From Candidatus Staskawiczbacteria bacterium RIFCSPHIGHO2_01_FULL_39_25 (GTDB lineage: Bacteria > Patescibacteriota > Minisyncoccia > Minisyncoccales > Staskawiczbacteraceae): a stretch of 64,000 nt of DNA. The position numbers and the translations under genes were made by a program. Below are positions 47,744 through 57,420 of the stretch, piece after piece (within the stretch, counting starts at the first letter, position 1; every line of letters begins with the position of its first letter). The notes under the pieces were generated by a model that was not told where the DNA came from, made no database searches, and worked only from the letters and a program-made list of their open reading frames with translations. The stretch is from NCBI GenBank assembly GCA_001820095.1, contig MHOO01000003.1, forward strand, positions 987 through 64,986, given 5' to 3'.

Positions 47744-48856
47744 ATGCCTTACGCCAAACAGTATATTCAATCTCTCTTAGACAGTGCGGGGATTCAAATT
47801 AACGGCCCCAATGCTTTTGATATCCAGGTCTATAATGATCAGTTGTATCGCCGTATGTTAAGGGGTAATTCTTTGGCGCTGGGAGAATCCTATATGGAAG
47901 GATGGTGGGATGCAAAAGAGTTGGATGTATTTTTCTTTAAAATTTTTCAAGCCCGCCTTCATGAAAAAATGGCATGGTCCTGGTCGGAAATTATATCTTT
48001 TTTGCATGCAGTAATTTTTAACCTTGAAACCAAGTCCCGTTCTTTTATTGTCGGCAGGCAGCATTATGATATTGGAAATGATATTTATGCCGCCATGCTT
48101 GGCAAAACGCTTACCTACAGTTGCGGCTACTGGAAAGATGCCCAAAATCTTGACCAAGCGCAAGAGGCAAAACATAACCTTATATGCCAAAAGATAGGGT
48201 TAAAAAAGGGTGATAGAGTGCTGGATATTGGGTGCGGATGGGGGAGTTTCTTGAAATTTGCGGCAAAGGCCTATGGCGCGAAAGGCACGGGCATTACTGT
48301 TTCAAAAGAGCAAGCGGCATTGGCAAAAAATCTTTGCACAGGTTTACCTATAGAAATTCTCTTGCAAGATTATCGCGATACTACGGGAAAATTTGACCAT
48401 ATTGTTTCTGTGGGAATGTTTGAGCATGTAGGAGTGAAAAATTACCGTACCTACATGGAAGATGTGAACAATCTTTTAAAAGACGACGGTTTGTTTCTTC
48501 TTCATACCATTGGTTCAAGCCGTGGCATATCCATTGACCCTTGGATAGAAAAATATATTTTTCCTAATAGCATGCTTCCTTCTGCTGCGCATATTAGCAA
48601 GGCCATAGAGGGTATTTTTGTCATGGAGGATTGGCATAACTTCGGAGCATATTACGATAAAACGCTCATGGCATGGTTTGAAAATTTCAACGCGCATTGG
48701 CTCCAACTGCAATCAAAATACTCTGAAACGTTTTATAGGATGTGGAAGTATTACTTGCTTAGCTGCGCGGCCAGTTTTAGGGCGCGCCATAACCAACTAT
48801 GGCAAATTATCCTTTCAAAAAGGGGAGTAAAAGGAGGATATGTATCGGTAAGATAA
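47744..48856 (+). CDS. cfa: Cyclopropane-fatty-acyl-phospholipid synthase
   Basis: LGESYM.GWW, HYDIGN, YSCGYW, LDIGCGWG, SVGMFEHVG. Confidence 0.95.
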   Translation: MPYAKQYIQSLLDSAGIQINGPNAFDIQVYNDQLYRRMLRGNSLALGESYMEGWWDAKELDVFFFKIFQARLHEKMAWSWSEIISFLHAVIFNLETKSRSFIVGRQHYDIGNDIYAAMLGKTLTYSCGYWKDAQNLDQAQEAKHNLICQKIGLKKGDRVLDIGCGWGSFLKFAAKAYGAKGTGITVSKEQAALAKNLCTGLPIEILLQDYRDTTGKFDHIVSVGMFEHVGVKNYRTYMEDVNNLLKDDGLFLLHTIGSSRGISIDPWIEKYIFPNSMLPSAAHISKAIEGIFVMEDWHNFGAYYDKTLMAWFENFNAHWLQLQSKYSETFYRMWKYYLLSCAASFRARHNQLWQIILSKRGVKGGYVSVR

Positions 48857-48913
48857 CTATCTTTAATTGTTTTTTAAAATATGCTACATTTAAAATACTA
48901 AATCCACTACAAT

Positions 48914-50015
48914 ATGGTCCAAATAACTCAAAATATAGAGGGATTAGAGGAGAAAGTCCATTATTTAGTGGACCGCCTTTGATGTAAATGGAAAGCAAAA
49001 AGAGTTAAAGAAGCTGGAAGCAGAAACACAGGCCCCTGAATTTTGGAAAGACCAGGAAAGGGCAACTGCCGCAAGCCAAAAGATCGCTTTTTTAAAAGAG
49101 GAAATAGAAACAATAGAATCACTGAAAAAAGAATTAATTGACCTAAAAGAGCTGGAGTATTTGACAAAAAGCGATGAAAACCTTAAGAAAGAACTAGAAA
49201 AAAAGTGGAGCGTATTGAAAGAAAAAATTGCCAAAGAAGAATTTAGAATTTTCTTATCTGGCAAATACGACCGCAATAATGCGATTATAGAAATATTTTC
49301 GGGGGCAGGGGGTGTGGATGCCCAGGATTGGGCCACGATGCTTTTGAGGATGTATGAGAGGTATTGCGCACAAAAAAGGTTTTCAGTCCAGGTGTTGCAC
49401 CAGTCGTTTGGGGAGGCAGGCGGGCCGGATGGAAGAATTGGCACAAAATCAGCTACCTTGGAAATAAAAGGGAAGTATGCTTACGGCCTTTTAAAAAAAG
49501 AGACGGGAGTCCATAGATTGGTGCGCATTTCTCCGTTTAGTGCCCAAAAATTGCGCCATACATCTTTTGCGTTGGTTGAGGTTTTGCCGGAAATAGAGCA
49601 GCAAGATACAGAAATTGAAATAAAGCCTGAAGAGTTAAAAATAGATACATTCAGGGCATCAGGGCCTGGGGGGCAGTACGTCAACAAAACGGAATCAGCC
49701 ATACGAATTACCCATATACCAACAGGTCTGGTAGTTTCTTCGCAGTCAGAACGGCTGCAAGGCAAGAATAAGGAACACGCCATGAAAATCCTGTATGCCA
49801 AACTGCATCAGTTGCAAGCAGTAGAACATAAAAAAGAGCTGAAGGAAATTAAGGGCGAATCAATTTCTGCGTCTTGGGGGAACCAGATACGGTCATATGT
49901 CCTGCACCCTTATAGGATGGTAAAAGATTTAAGAACGCAGTATGAAACATCGGACACGGAAGGAGTATTGGATGGGGAATTAGATGAATTTATACAGGCC
50001 GAAATAAGAATCTAG
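48914..50015 (+). CDS. prfB: Peptide chain release factor 2 with +1 programmed frameshift at CTT-TGA (48977-48982)
   Basis: 22-codon ORF ends CTT TGA; +1 frame continues D..K..ELK.LE..PEFW; SPF and GGQ motifs. Confidence 0.95.
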
Positions 50016-50115
50016 AATCTGGAATCTTGAATCTGGAATAGAATGCTGAATATGGGGCTTCGTATTCTAAATTCCAAATTCAATTCAAGCTACCAGATAC
50101 TAAATTCAAGATTCA
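50008..50115 (+). repeat. Family B element (supplies the prfB TAG stop)
   Basis: GAATCTA GAATCTG GAATCTT GAATCTG ... AAGATTC. Confidence 0.88.
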
Positions 50116-50124
50116 AGTTATAAA

Positions 50125-50805
50125 ATGATAAAATTTCAAAACGTTACAAAAATATATCCTCCAGATACTACCGTGTTGCACGACATTTGTTTTGAAGTAA
50201 AAGAAGGCGAGTTTGTTTCTATTGTAGGCAAGTCGGGTGCCGGAAAGACTACGTTAGTAAAATTGATTCTAGGGTTAGAAGAACCAACTTCTGGCAGTGT
50301 GTTTTTTGCGGGCAAAAATATCAGCGAAGCTTACGGCGCAGATCTCCAGGAAATACGGAGAAAAATAGGCGGTATTTACCAGGATTATAAGCTTCTGCCC
50401 GCAAAAACCGTTTATGAAAATGTAGCTTATGTCATGGCTGTAGAGGGTAAAGAAAACGAAGAAATCATTTCCCAAGTGCCTAAAGTATTAGAGGTTATAG
50501 GCCTTGCGGAAAAAAGCAATAACTTTCCAAAAGAGCTTTCGGGCGGGGAGCAGCAAAGGCTGGCCATTGCAAGGGCTTTGGTAAACCACCCCGATGTGGT
50601 TATTGCCGACGAGCCAACGGGAAACTTGGATCCCTATAACACCTATGAAGTCATAAGGCTTTTGCAGAAAATCCATCAGTCAGGCAAAACGGTTATTTTA
50701 TCAACTCACGATCGGGAAATTGTGAATAAATTAGGCAAGAGGGTCATTACCATAGAAAACGGCAGGGTTGTCCGCGACGAAGAAAAAGGAAGATTCATTA
50801 TCTAA
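50125..50805 (+). CDS. ftsE: Cell-division ABC ATPase FtsE
   Basis: GKSGAGKTT, LSGGEQQR, ADEPTGNLD; precedes ftsX. Confidence 0.9.
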   Translation: MIKFQNVTKIYPPDTTVLHDICFEVKEGEFVSIVGKSGAGKTTLVKLILGLEEPTSGSVFFAGKNISEAYGADLQEIRRKIGGIYQDYKLLPAKTVYENVAYVMAVEGKENEEIISQVPKVLEVIGLAEKSNNFPKELSGGEQQRLAIARALVNHPDVVIADEPTGNLDPYNTYEVIRLLQKIHQSGKTVILSTHDREIVNKLGKRVITIENGRVVRDEEKGRFII

Positions 50806-50947
50806 TTTGAAATTTGAAATTTGAAATTTGAATTCAATATTTCAATGATTAAATATTGCAATTTGAAAACACGACGTCGGCTTTTAATCATTTCAAATTC
50901 AATTAATTCAAATTGATTTCAAATTGTAAATTGTAAATTTCAAATTC
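50804..50947 (+). repeat. Family D element (TTTGAAA)n...(TTTCAAA/TTGTAAA)n
   Basis: From ftsE TAA to ftsX start. Confidence 0.85.
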
Positions 50948-50953
50948 GTGAAT

Positions 50954-51868
50954 ATGCTTACTAATCTAAAACGGGTTTTTCATTTTGCTTTTATTGATTT
51001 TTATCGCAACAAAGGAATGTCCGTTGCCGCAATTTTTGTATTGACTATTACCATGTTACTGGTAACCGGCCTTTTCTTTATGCGAGGCGTTAGCAATTTT
51101 TTAGTTGAAACCATACAAAATAAAATTGATATTGCCGCGTACTTTAAAGCAGATACTGAAGAAAAAGATATTTTAACCGTTAAAGAAGAAATTTTAAAAG
51201 ATTCTCCTGATATTAAAAGCATCAAATATGTATCACGAGAAGAAGCGTTGAATGATTTTATTGAAAAGCATAAAGATAATAATACTTTTTTAAAATCGTT
51301 AACCGAGGTAGGAGAGAACCCATTTTTAGCTTCTTTGAATATTATTACCAATGGAAGTACTGCCCAATATGAGCAAGTTAGTAATACCCTGCAAAAAGAT
51401 GAGTACGATACATTCATTGAGAAGGTTGATTTTTCTGAAAAAAAAGGTACTATTGAGAAGATTTTCTCAATCACGTCAAATATCAATAAATTTGGGTTAA
51501 TCTTGGGAGCTGTGTTGGTATTGGTAGCGGTATCAGTGGTTTTTAATACCATAAAGCTGATTATTGAATCATCAAAAGACGAAATTGCTACTATGAAAAT
51601 TGTGGGGGCTTCTACCTGGCTGATTAAGGCGCCCTTTATCATTCAGGGAGCAATTTTTGGAGCTATAGCGTTTACTACCTGTCTTTTAGTAACTCTAGCG
51701 GTTACGTACTTTTTATCGCCAGGGTTATCGGTTATTATGCCTGGATTCATCCTGTTTGAATATTTTATACTGAATCTCTGGATGATTATATTAATCCAAT
51801 TAGGTTTCGGGGTTGGATTAGGAATCGCTTCAAGCTTTATTGTGGTAAGAAAGTACCTTAAAGTCTAA
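50954..51868 (+). CDS. ftsX: Cell-division permease FtsX
   Basis: YVSREEAL, NTIKL, MKIVGA, PFIIQG. Confidence 0.92.
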   Translation: MLTNLKRVFHFAFIDFYRNKGMSVAAIFVLTITMLLVTGLFFMRGVSNFLVETIQNKIDIAAYFKADTEEKDILTVKEEILKDSPDIKSIKYVSREEALNDFIEKHKDNNTFLKSLTEVGENPFLASLNIITNGSTAQYEQVSNTLQKDEYDTFIEKVDFSEKKGTIEKIFSITSNINKFGLILGAVLVLVAVSVVFNTIKLIIESSKDEIATMKIVGASTWLIKAPFIIQGAIFGAIAFTTCLLVTLAVTYFLSPGLSVIMPGFILFEYFILNLWMIILIQLGFGVGLGIASSFIVVRKYLKV

Positions 51869-51943
51869 TTTGAAATTTGAAATTTACAATTTGAAATCAA
51901 TTTGAAATATTAGAGTAGAGAAATCAAGAAAAAAATTCAAAAT

Positions 51944-52014
51944 TGCGGGATCGTCTAATGGTAGGACAACAGATTCTGGATCTGTTTATCTTGGTTCGAA
52001 TCCAAGTCCCGCAG
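51944..52014 (+). tRNA. tRNA-Gln(CTG)
   Basis: TGCGGGA/TCCCGCA acceptor, loop TTCTGGA. Confidence 0.93.
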
Positions 52015-52066
52015 CACGCATGGGCTAAGTCGGGTGACCGAGTTGCATATGTAAATTTAAATAAAT

Positions 52067-52390
52067 ATGGGCGAAATTATTACTTACAAATCTAGTCCTA
52101 TCTCTAAGTACTGCCAAATGAAGTTTGGTGATGGAGATAGAATATTAATTTCTGTGGCGCGATCTGGGATTAAAATTGTTAAATTAAAATGGGCAGGTTT
52201 AGTTCCTTCAGAAACTATTTTTCAAATTTCAACAGCTGATCTCTTTTCCGATAATTACAAATTTGCACGAGGTCGACTTACAGAAAGATCGTTTGCGCTT
52301 GATATGTTGGATGTTTTTAAAGAAATATTTTTAAAACTGGATTCGCTTAATGAAGTTAAAGAGGAGCTAAATTTAATCTTCGTGAAATAA
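52067..52390 (+). CDS. Hypothetical protein
   Basis: 107-aa ORF, no motif recognised. Confidence 0.55.
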   Translation: MGEIITYKSSPISKYCQMKFGDGDRILISVARSGIKIVKLKWAGLVPSETIFQISTADLFSDNYKFARGRLTERSFALDMLDVFKEIFLKLDSLNEVKEELNLIFVK

Positions 52391-52592
52391 AATTTAATCG
52401 TGTTTAAAAAATAATTAACTCAAGAGGAATTTGAATCAATAGCTCGTATAGGAATTTACCAAAAGATGGTTATATCATAAAATCCCTTTTAGGATTTAAG
52501 ACGGAGGGTGAAATAAAAGAAGAAACAAGAATAAATGGTTTTACTGCGAGTGAGGGTTATATTATTGAATCAAACTCATAAATAATAAAATT

Positions 52593-52850
52593 ATGATTCT
52601 TCATCAATGTCCAGAGTGCGATAAATCATTTAATAGTGGGTTAGACCTGTTTAACCACATAGAAAATTATCATCGCCAAATTGGAGCTATAACAAAAGAA
52701 AGCAAATGTCCTTACTGCAATAGTGAAAAAATTATGCCATTAGGCATAGAAAAGAATGGCGATGTTAATATTCAAACAGGGGGACTACAAGGAAAAGAAT
52801 ATCAAATTTATCGTTGCGAAAACTGCACACATCTTTGCAAGGGCAATTGA
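52593..52850 (+). CDS. C2H2 zinc finger plus Zn-ribbon small protein
   Basis: CPECDKSFNSGLDLFNHIENYH; CPYC...CENC. Confidence 0.7.
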   Translation: MILHQCPECDKSFNSGLDLFNHIENYHRQIGAITKESKCPYCNSEKIMPLGIEKNGDVNIQTGGLQGKEYQIYRCENCTHLCKGN

Positions 52851-53051
52851 TTGTATATTTATGAGATTTATGCTATAATGAAAATGTAGATGTAGATCGA
52901 AAAAAGAAAAACGCTTATTTTTCCCTTTTAGGGTAGGCAATCTGGGAAATCTGCGGAAAGCCAGATGAAATAAGCGACTAATCGTTCAAAGGCGGTTGGG
53001 AGATTTCATTCAGTGTAGTCAGCTGGATTAAATCTCTTAACCGCTTTTTTT
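52851..53051 (+). promoter_or_regulatory. Promoter plus structured leader and terminator
   Basis: TTGTAT-17-(TG)TATAAT; stems 52912-52977; long hairpin plus T-tract. Confidence 0.55.
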
Positions 53052-53100
53052 GTTGGTCGGCTCAAAGTTAGTAGTTAGGAGTAAGTAAAAAGTAAAAATT

Positions 53101-53718
53101 ATGAATAATATAAATAACAATTTAGTAGAAAAAGCTCTTATTAAAGCTATTGAGCTTCATAAAGGTCAGGTAAGAAAGGGTGATGGTAAAATTCCTTATG
53201 TAGTCCATCCGATTGAAGTGGGCATTATAGTTGCCAGATACACAAACAACCCAGAACTTGTTGCTTCTGCTATTCTCCACGACACAGTAGAGGACTGCAA
53301 TTACTCATTAGAGAAAGTTGAAGAAGAATTTGGCGATGAGGTGAAAAACTTGGTTTCTGCTTTGACCGAAGACAAAACAATACCCGCTTGGATAGACAGA
53401 AAAGTAGAAAATTTACAGAGGTTAAAACTTAACCAAGACGCTTATTTCATTAAAACGGCTGATATTTTGGCAAATATGCGTTCACTGATTTCCGCACTCA
53501 AAGAAGAAGGAGATGTGGTATGGTCTCGGTTTAATACACATAAAGAGATGAAAATGGAATACTTTAAGGCGATTCTACAAGATACAGAAAACTTTCTGCC
53601 AGTGAAATTTCTTGAAGAATATGTTTCTGCTCTCAAAGACCTTGAATACTCTGAATTTTTAGAGAAAAAATCGGCACTCGGCTTTGTGGTTGAGAAATTA
53701 GGACTTGGTAAAAAATAA
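53101..53718 (+). CDS. HD-domain RelA/SpoT-type small alarmone hydrolase-like protein
   Basis: H.GQ.RK, PYVVHP, LHDTVED, K.AD..AN. Confidence 0.85.
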   Translation: MNNINNNLVEKALIKAIELHKGQVRKGDGKIPYVVHPIEVGIIVARYTNNPELVASAILHDTVEDCNYSLEKVEEEFGDEVKNLVSALTEDKTIPAWIDRKVENLQRLKLNQDAYFIKTADILANMRSLISALKEEGDVVWSRFNTHKEMKMEYFKAILQDTENFLPVKFLEEYVSALKDLEYSEFLEKKSALGFVVEKLGLGKK

Positions 53719-53756
53719 AAAACTTGAAATTCTTTTGCAGAAACTGCTATACTCTA

Positions 53757-53945
53757 ATTGGAGTAGTGAGAGTTGATATTTTTCAGCATTTGGCTGGAAA
53801 CATTAATGTGTAATAAGTCCGTCATCTGCCTTTGTGCAGTGGATTTGCAAAGTTTGCAAAAGGTGCGGTTAAAAACAGTGGTGGCTTACGGGTCTATCAA
53901 GAGTGCTACTCCAATAAAAAACTCCCAAAAGGAGATTTTTTATTT
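53757..53945 (+). ncRNA. Candidate stand-alone small RNA
   Basis: TTGAAA-18-(TG)TATACT; ATTGGAGTAG/CTACTCCAAT closing stem; terminator. Confidence 0.5.
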
Positions 53946-53984
53946 GTAAAAACAAATTTTCTATTATACAGTTATGTTAAAGTT

Positions 53985-54212
53985 TTAAATGAGTGCGTCT
54001 AATTCTAAACGCATTGCTCTCCAATCAAAGGTTCGCAGTTCGTCCAAAAGGGGGAGATTAGAATCAGAACTGTTCAAAACTGGCGTAAAATCGCCAGTTT
54101 TGTTCGTAAAATCGGCTGTTTTGGTCGGTTCGAATTTTTTAAAATCAATAATATCAATGAGCCGCTGATATGGGCTCTCTGGAATATTCATTGTAATTTT
54201 AATAGCTAACAA
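53985..54212 (-). pseudogene. Possible recombinase C-terminal remnant
   Basis: FEP.K...LPLLDELRTFDW resembles LPKWNEFINTKW at the island right end. Confidence 0.4.
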
Positions 54213-54225
54213 TTACCTTATCTAC

Positions 54226-55929
54226 CTAAGCCGGTGTCATAGAGAAAGCGGAGGTAATTTTACTAGAAATACCTTGATACCATTCAGCTTCATTGGAGGC
54301 TTTTAGTGCTAAGCTTGCCATTTCGCTCAGGAGTACTTTTATATCCTGAGAATTTGGTTTATTTTGAGCGTTTTTTGCATTTTCAAGCAATCTTCTAAAG
54401 TCATCCAGGGCTAATGGTATAATCGTTGAGCGACCACCGTAATATTGAACATCGGTACGCGAAAGGACAAAGTAATGGGCAAGAGTAGCAGGATTTATTT
54501 GTGGTGCTATAAAAATTGCAAAAACTGGCTTTGTAGTATTCTTCCGATGATTACCATAATGCCGCGATACCGGCTCTCCCTCCATTTCATATTGTCGTTG
54601 CCCTGATGACAAAGTTACCTCAACTATGGCTTCAAAATCAGCATATTTACATACAATATCTGGCGTATTACCTGGTGCTGCGTAAAGTGGCGCACCGTGA
54701 TTATCAACTCGAAAGTTTCCTTCTATTGTTCCGTCATCAAGCATTTCCATAGCTCTCCACGTATTCCATTCAAGAAATAGAGCAGGGTCAGCTATGTCAG
54801 AATTACGAATCCGGTCAAAAGTATCTTGGATATCACTGTATTCCTCATAAGTACGAAGCTTACTTCTTTCTTGGCCAAGTATACGTTCGAGGTTTTTACT
54901 TAGCAATGCAGAGAAAATATCTTTAAGCTCCTCAATCGTCTTTGTGTGTAATGTTTCAATCGGATATTCACTGCTTTGCAAGGCAATATTCTGTATTAAA
55001 CCATCCATATTATCTGTGAGAAGTATCGGAGTTGTTGCTGGAAATAAATAATTTACATATTCTTCTTTTGAATCAAAATCTTGTGATTTTCTTGAAACTG
55101 TCTCAAGGATATAGTCTACATCTTTAGCTCGCTCCGGCATAACAAAAACCCGTAATGATTTTGCATTAAAAGTAAAAAGGCCTGTTGCTCTTAGATATCT
55201 TATCGAAGCATCGGCATAATCAGTATGATTGCGTTGCTTGATTCTAATAAATGATTTTAGCGAAGAGTCGTCTGATTCCCTTGTTGAGATTTCACCGCTT
55301 CTTATTTCTTCTGCAAATAGCGAAGTGAGCTCCTGTTCAAAATATTGTGCAATAAATTCTCTATAATTCACTTGCCGTCGCTCTCTGTTTTTTCGAGCCG
55401 CTTTTCGAAAGTTCTCAATTTTACGCTGGATGGTTTTATAATTTTTATAATTCGTAAGCTTAATAACAAATAAAGCAATTTCCGTTTTACTAAGACCTTC
55501 AAGGTCGCGGACCAGCCGCATTAATTCGAGGTAAGGTTTAACTGCAAATTTTCTATTTTCATCGATATGGTAGGGTGATGGCAATTGAAATTTTAACATC
55601 TGTCTAAGCAGAGTTTCCTCCGGACGGTTACCGTAAATAAAACTATGACCAGCTGGTGTCAACGCTATGACTGGTTTAAGATCAACAAAGCCAAGTGATT
55701 TTGGTCCACGAGTTATGCGATCTCTGGCACTAAAAGCTGGATCAGAAGATTGACTGCCTTCAAAAAATGGCTGGTGTACCAATGCTTCATAATATTCGCG
55801 CTGCGTTTCTGCAGTCCATTTTTTACCTGAAAAGTTTTCGATGAGAAAACGTATCTCATCTTTCATTTTGAAAGGTGATCTTGGAGAAGTTACAAAGAAA
55901 ATAGTCTTTTTGCCTGTAATGATGGCCAT
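54226..55929 (-). CDS. AlwI-family type II restriction/nicking endonuclease
   Basis: TSPRSP, QMLKFQLPSP, LEWNTWR, PD....VEVTL, EGEPVSRH. Confidence 0.85.
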   Translation of the reverse strand: MAIITGKKTIFFVTSPRSPFKMKDEIRFLIENFSGKKWTAETQREYYEALVHQPFFEGSQSSDPAFSARDRITRGPKSLGFVDLKPVIALTPAGHSFIYGNRPEETLLRQMLKFQLPSPYHIDENRKFAVKPYLELMRLVRDLEGLSKTEIALFVIKLTNYKNYKTIQRKIENFRKAARKNRERRQVNYREFIAQYFEQELTSLFAEEIRSGEISTRESDDSSLKSFIRIKQRNHTDYADASIRYLRATGLFTFNAKSLRVFVMPERAKDVDYILETVSRKSQDFDSKEEYVNYLFPATTPILLTDNMDGLIQNIALQSSEYPIETLHTKTIEELKDIFSALLSKNLERILGQERSKLRTYEEYSDIQDTFDRIRNSDIADPALFLEWNTWRAMEMLDDGTIEGNFRVDNHGAPLYAAPGNTPDIVCKYADFEAIVEVTLSSGQRQYEMEGEPVSRHYGNHRKNTTKPVFAIFIAPQINPATLAHYFVLSRTDVQYYGGRSTIIPLALDDFRRLLENAKNAQNKPNSQDIKVLLSEMASLALKASNEAEWYQGISSKITSAFSMTPA

Positions 55930-57380
55930 GTTATTTCTTTTTTATTCACCGATTTACCATTTGCCTGAAGCGGGTCATTGCCGATAGATAAAAATGTCTT
56001 AATACGATTTTCTGAAACATCAAATGCTTTATTAGATATATCGCAGCCGATGAAATTACATTTTGCTTTAATAGCCGCTATTGCTGAAGAACCACTGCCG
56101 AGAAAAGGGTCGCAAATAGTGTAATTATCACCAGCACTTGCCTTAATCATCATATCAAATACTTCTACTGGTTTCTGGGTTGGATATTGAGCATTGTGTA
56201 TTCTCTTTATTTTCCAAACGTCAGGTATTGATTTACTGCTTAATTTTCTCTTATTACTATTTGTAGCAAACATAATAAATTCGTGCTGTCTCCTAAAGTA
56301 GTGTCCCATGCCTACATTTACTTTATCCCACACAATTACATTTTTAACATCAAAATATTTACGCATTAAAGGCGCTAGCGAAAGTAGGGAAAATGAATCA
56401 AACATGATGTACAAATGTCCGGTATCTTTTTTAAGAACTCTTTTACATTCAGCTAGAAATTCTTTGTAATTTTCTTCAGTATCCTGAAATTCAGCAAACC
56501 ATCGACCATTCTCTTTTCCCTTATCGGCATATTTACCAACTATTCTTCCGCTATGTAGCATCAAATGATTATTCATGCCAGAGTATGCCGGATCAGTGGT
56601 TATCAAATCTATACTGTGATCATCTAACTTTTTAAGGAATCTAATACAGTCGTCTTGAACAATTCTGACGGTTTTGCCTGATGTATAATCTTGTTCATAT
56701 TTCCTGATCGGCGCATCAGATTTCAATGTTTCTGAATTTTGTTTTTTCTCGGTAATGATTTCCGGAATATCTACCCCAGTTTCTTGGATTACATCAATCA
56801 CTATTCCTTGTATTGCAACGTCGCGGCCACTTCTAAAAATCAGAGGTTCCATGCTTTTATTTGCTGGCTGTAAACGTATTTGTCCTTTTTCTTTATAAAA
56901 TTTCTTAAGTGTTGCTTCGTGGTTGTCGATTAGTGCTACCACTTTTTGTCCATTGTTGGCGGTCGTCTGCTGCCGAACCAAAACAATGTCTCCGTTATTA
57001 ATATTTTCATCAATCATACTATCACCAACAACGCGAAGCGCATAGACCTCTGATGAAGCTGGAATTTTACTTTTTGGTACTGCAATTATCTCCTTATTTT
57101 CAATCGCTTCTATGGGTTGGCCGGCAGCAATAGTTCCCAGTAAGGGAACCTTAATCATCGGCTCAGATTCATAGATATCAATCGCGCGAGCATTATTACC
57201 AGCCTTTTTCAAGTATCCCTTTTTAGCAAGAGTTTTTATGTGTTGATGAACAGTAGAAACGGCGGAAAGTTTGAGTCCAGCACAAATTTCCTCAAGTGTG
57301 GGGGGATATTTTTTCTTGCTGATAAACTTCTTAATGAAGTCCAATACCTCTTTTTGTCTTTTCGTAATTGGTAATGGCAT
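55890..57380 (-). CDS. lexA: LexA repressor fused to N6/N4 DNA methyltransferase (beta class)
   Basis: wHTH PPTLEEI, IAAGQP, GDSM, TLKK; then TDPAY, PTQKP, DPFLGSGS. Confidence 0.9.
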   Translation of the reverse strand: MPLPITKRQKEVLDFIKKFISKKKYPPTLEEICAGLKLSAVSTVHQHIKTLAKKGYLKKAGNNARAIDIYESEPMIKVPLLGTIAAGQPIEAIENKEIIAVPKSKIPASSEVYALRVVGDSMIDENINNGDIVLVRQQTTANNGQKVVALIDNHEATLKKFYKEKGQIRLQPANKSMEPLIFRSGRDVAIQGIVIDVIQETGVDIPEIITEKKQNSETLKSDAPIRKYEQDYTSGKTVRIVQDDCIRFLKKLDDHSIDLITTDPAYSGMNNHLMLHSGRIVGKYADKGKENGRWFAEFQDTEENYKEFLAECKRVLKKDTGHLYIMFDSFSLLSLAPLMRKYFDVKNVIVWDKVNVGMGHYFRRQHEFIMFATNSNKRKLSSKSIPDVWKIKRIHNAQYPTQKPVEVFDMMIKASAGDNYTICDPFLGSGSSAIAAIKAKCNFIGCDISNKAFDVSENRIKTFLSIGNDPLQANGKSVNKKEITWPSLQAKRLFSL

Positions 57381-57420
57381 AAAGTTTATTGATGAGGTTA
57401 AATTTAAGTGCTATATTATC

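Noticed and set aside
29457..51642. Long antisense ORFs over rpoA/rplQ, mreB, prfB, ftsX
   Set aside because: Shadow frames of conserved genes with no motifs
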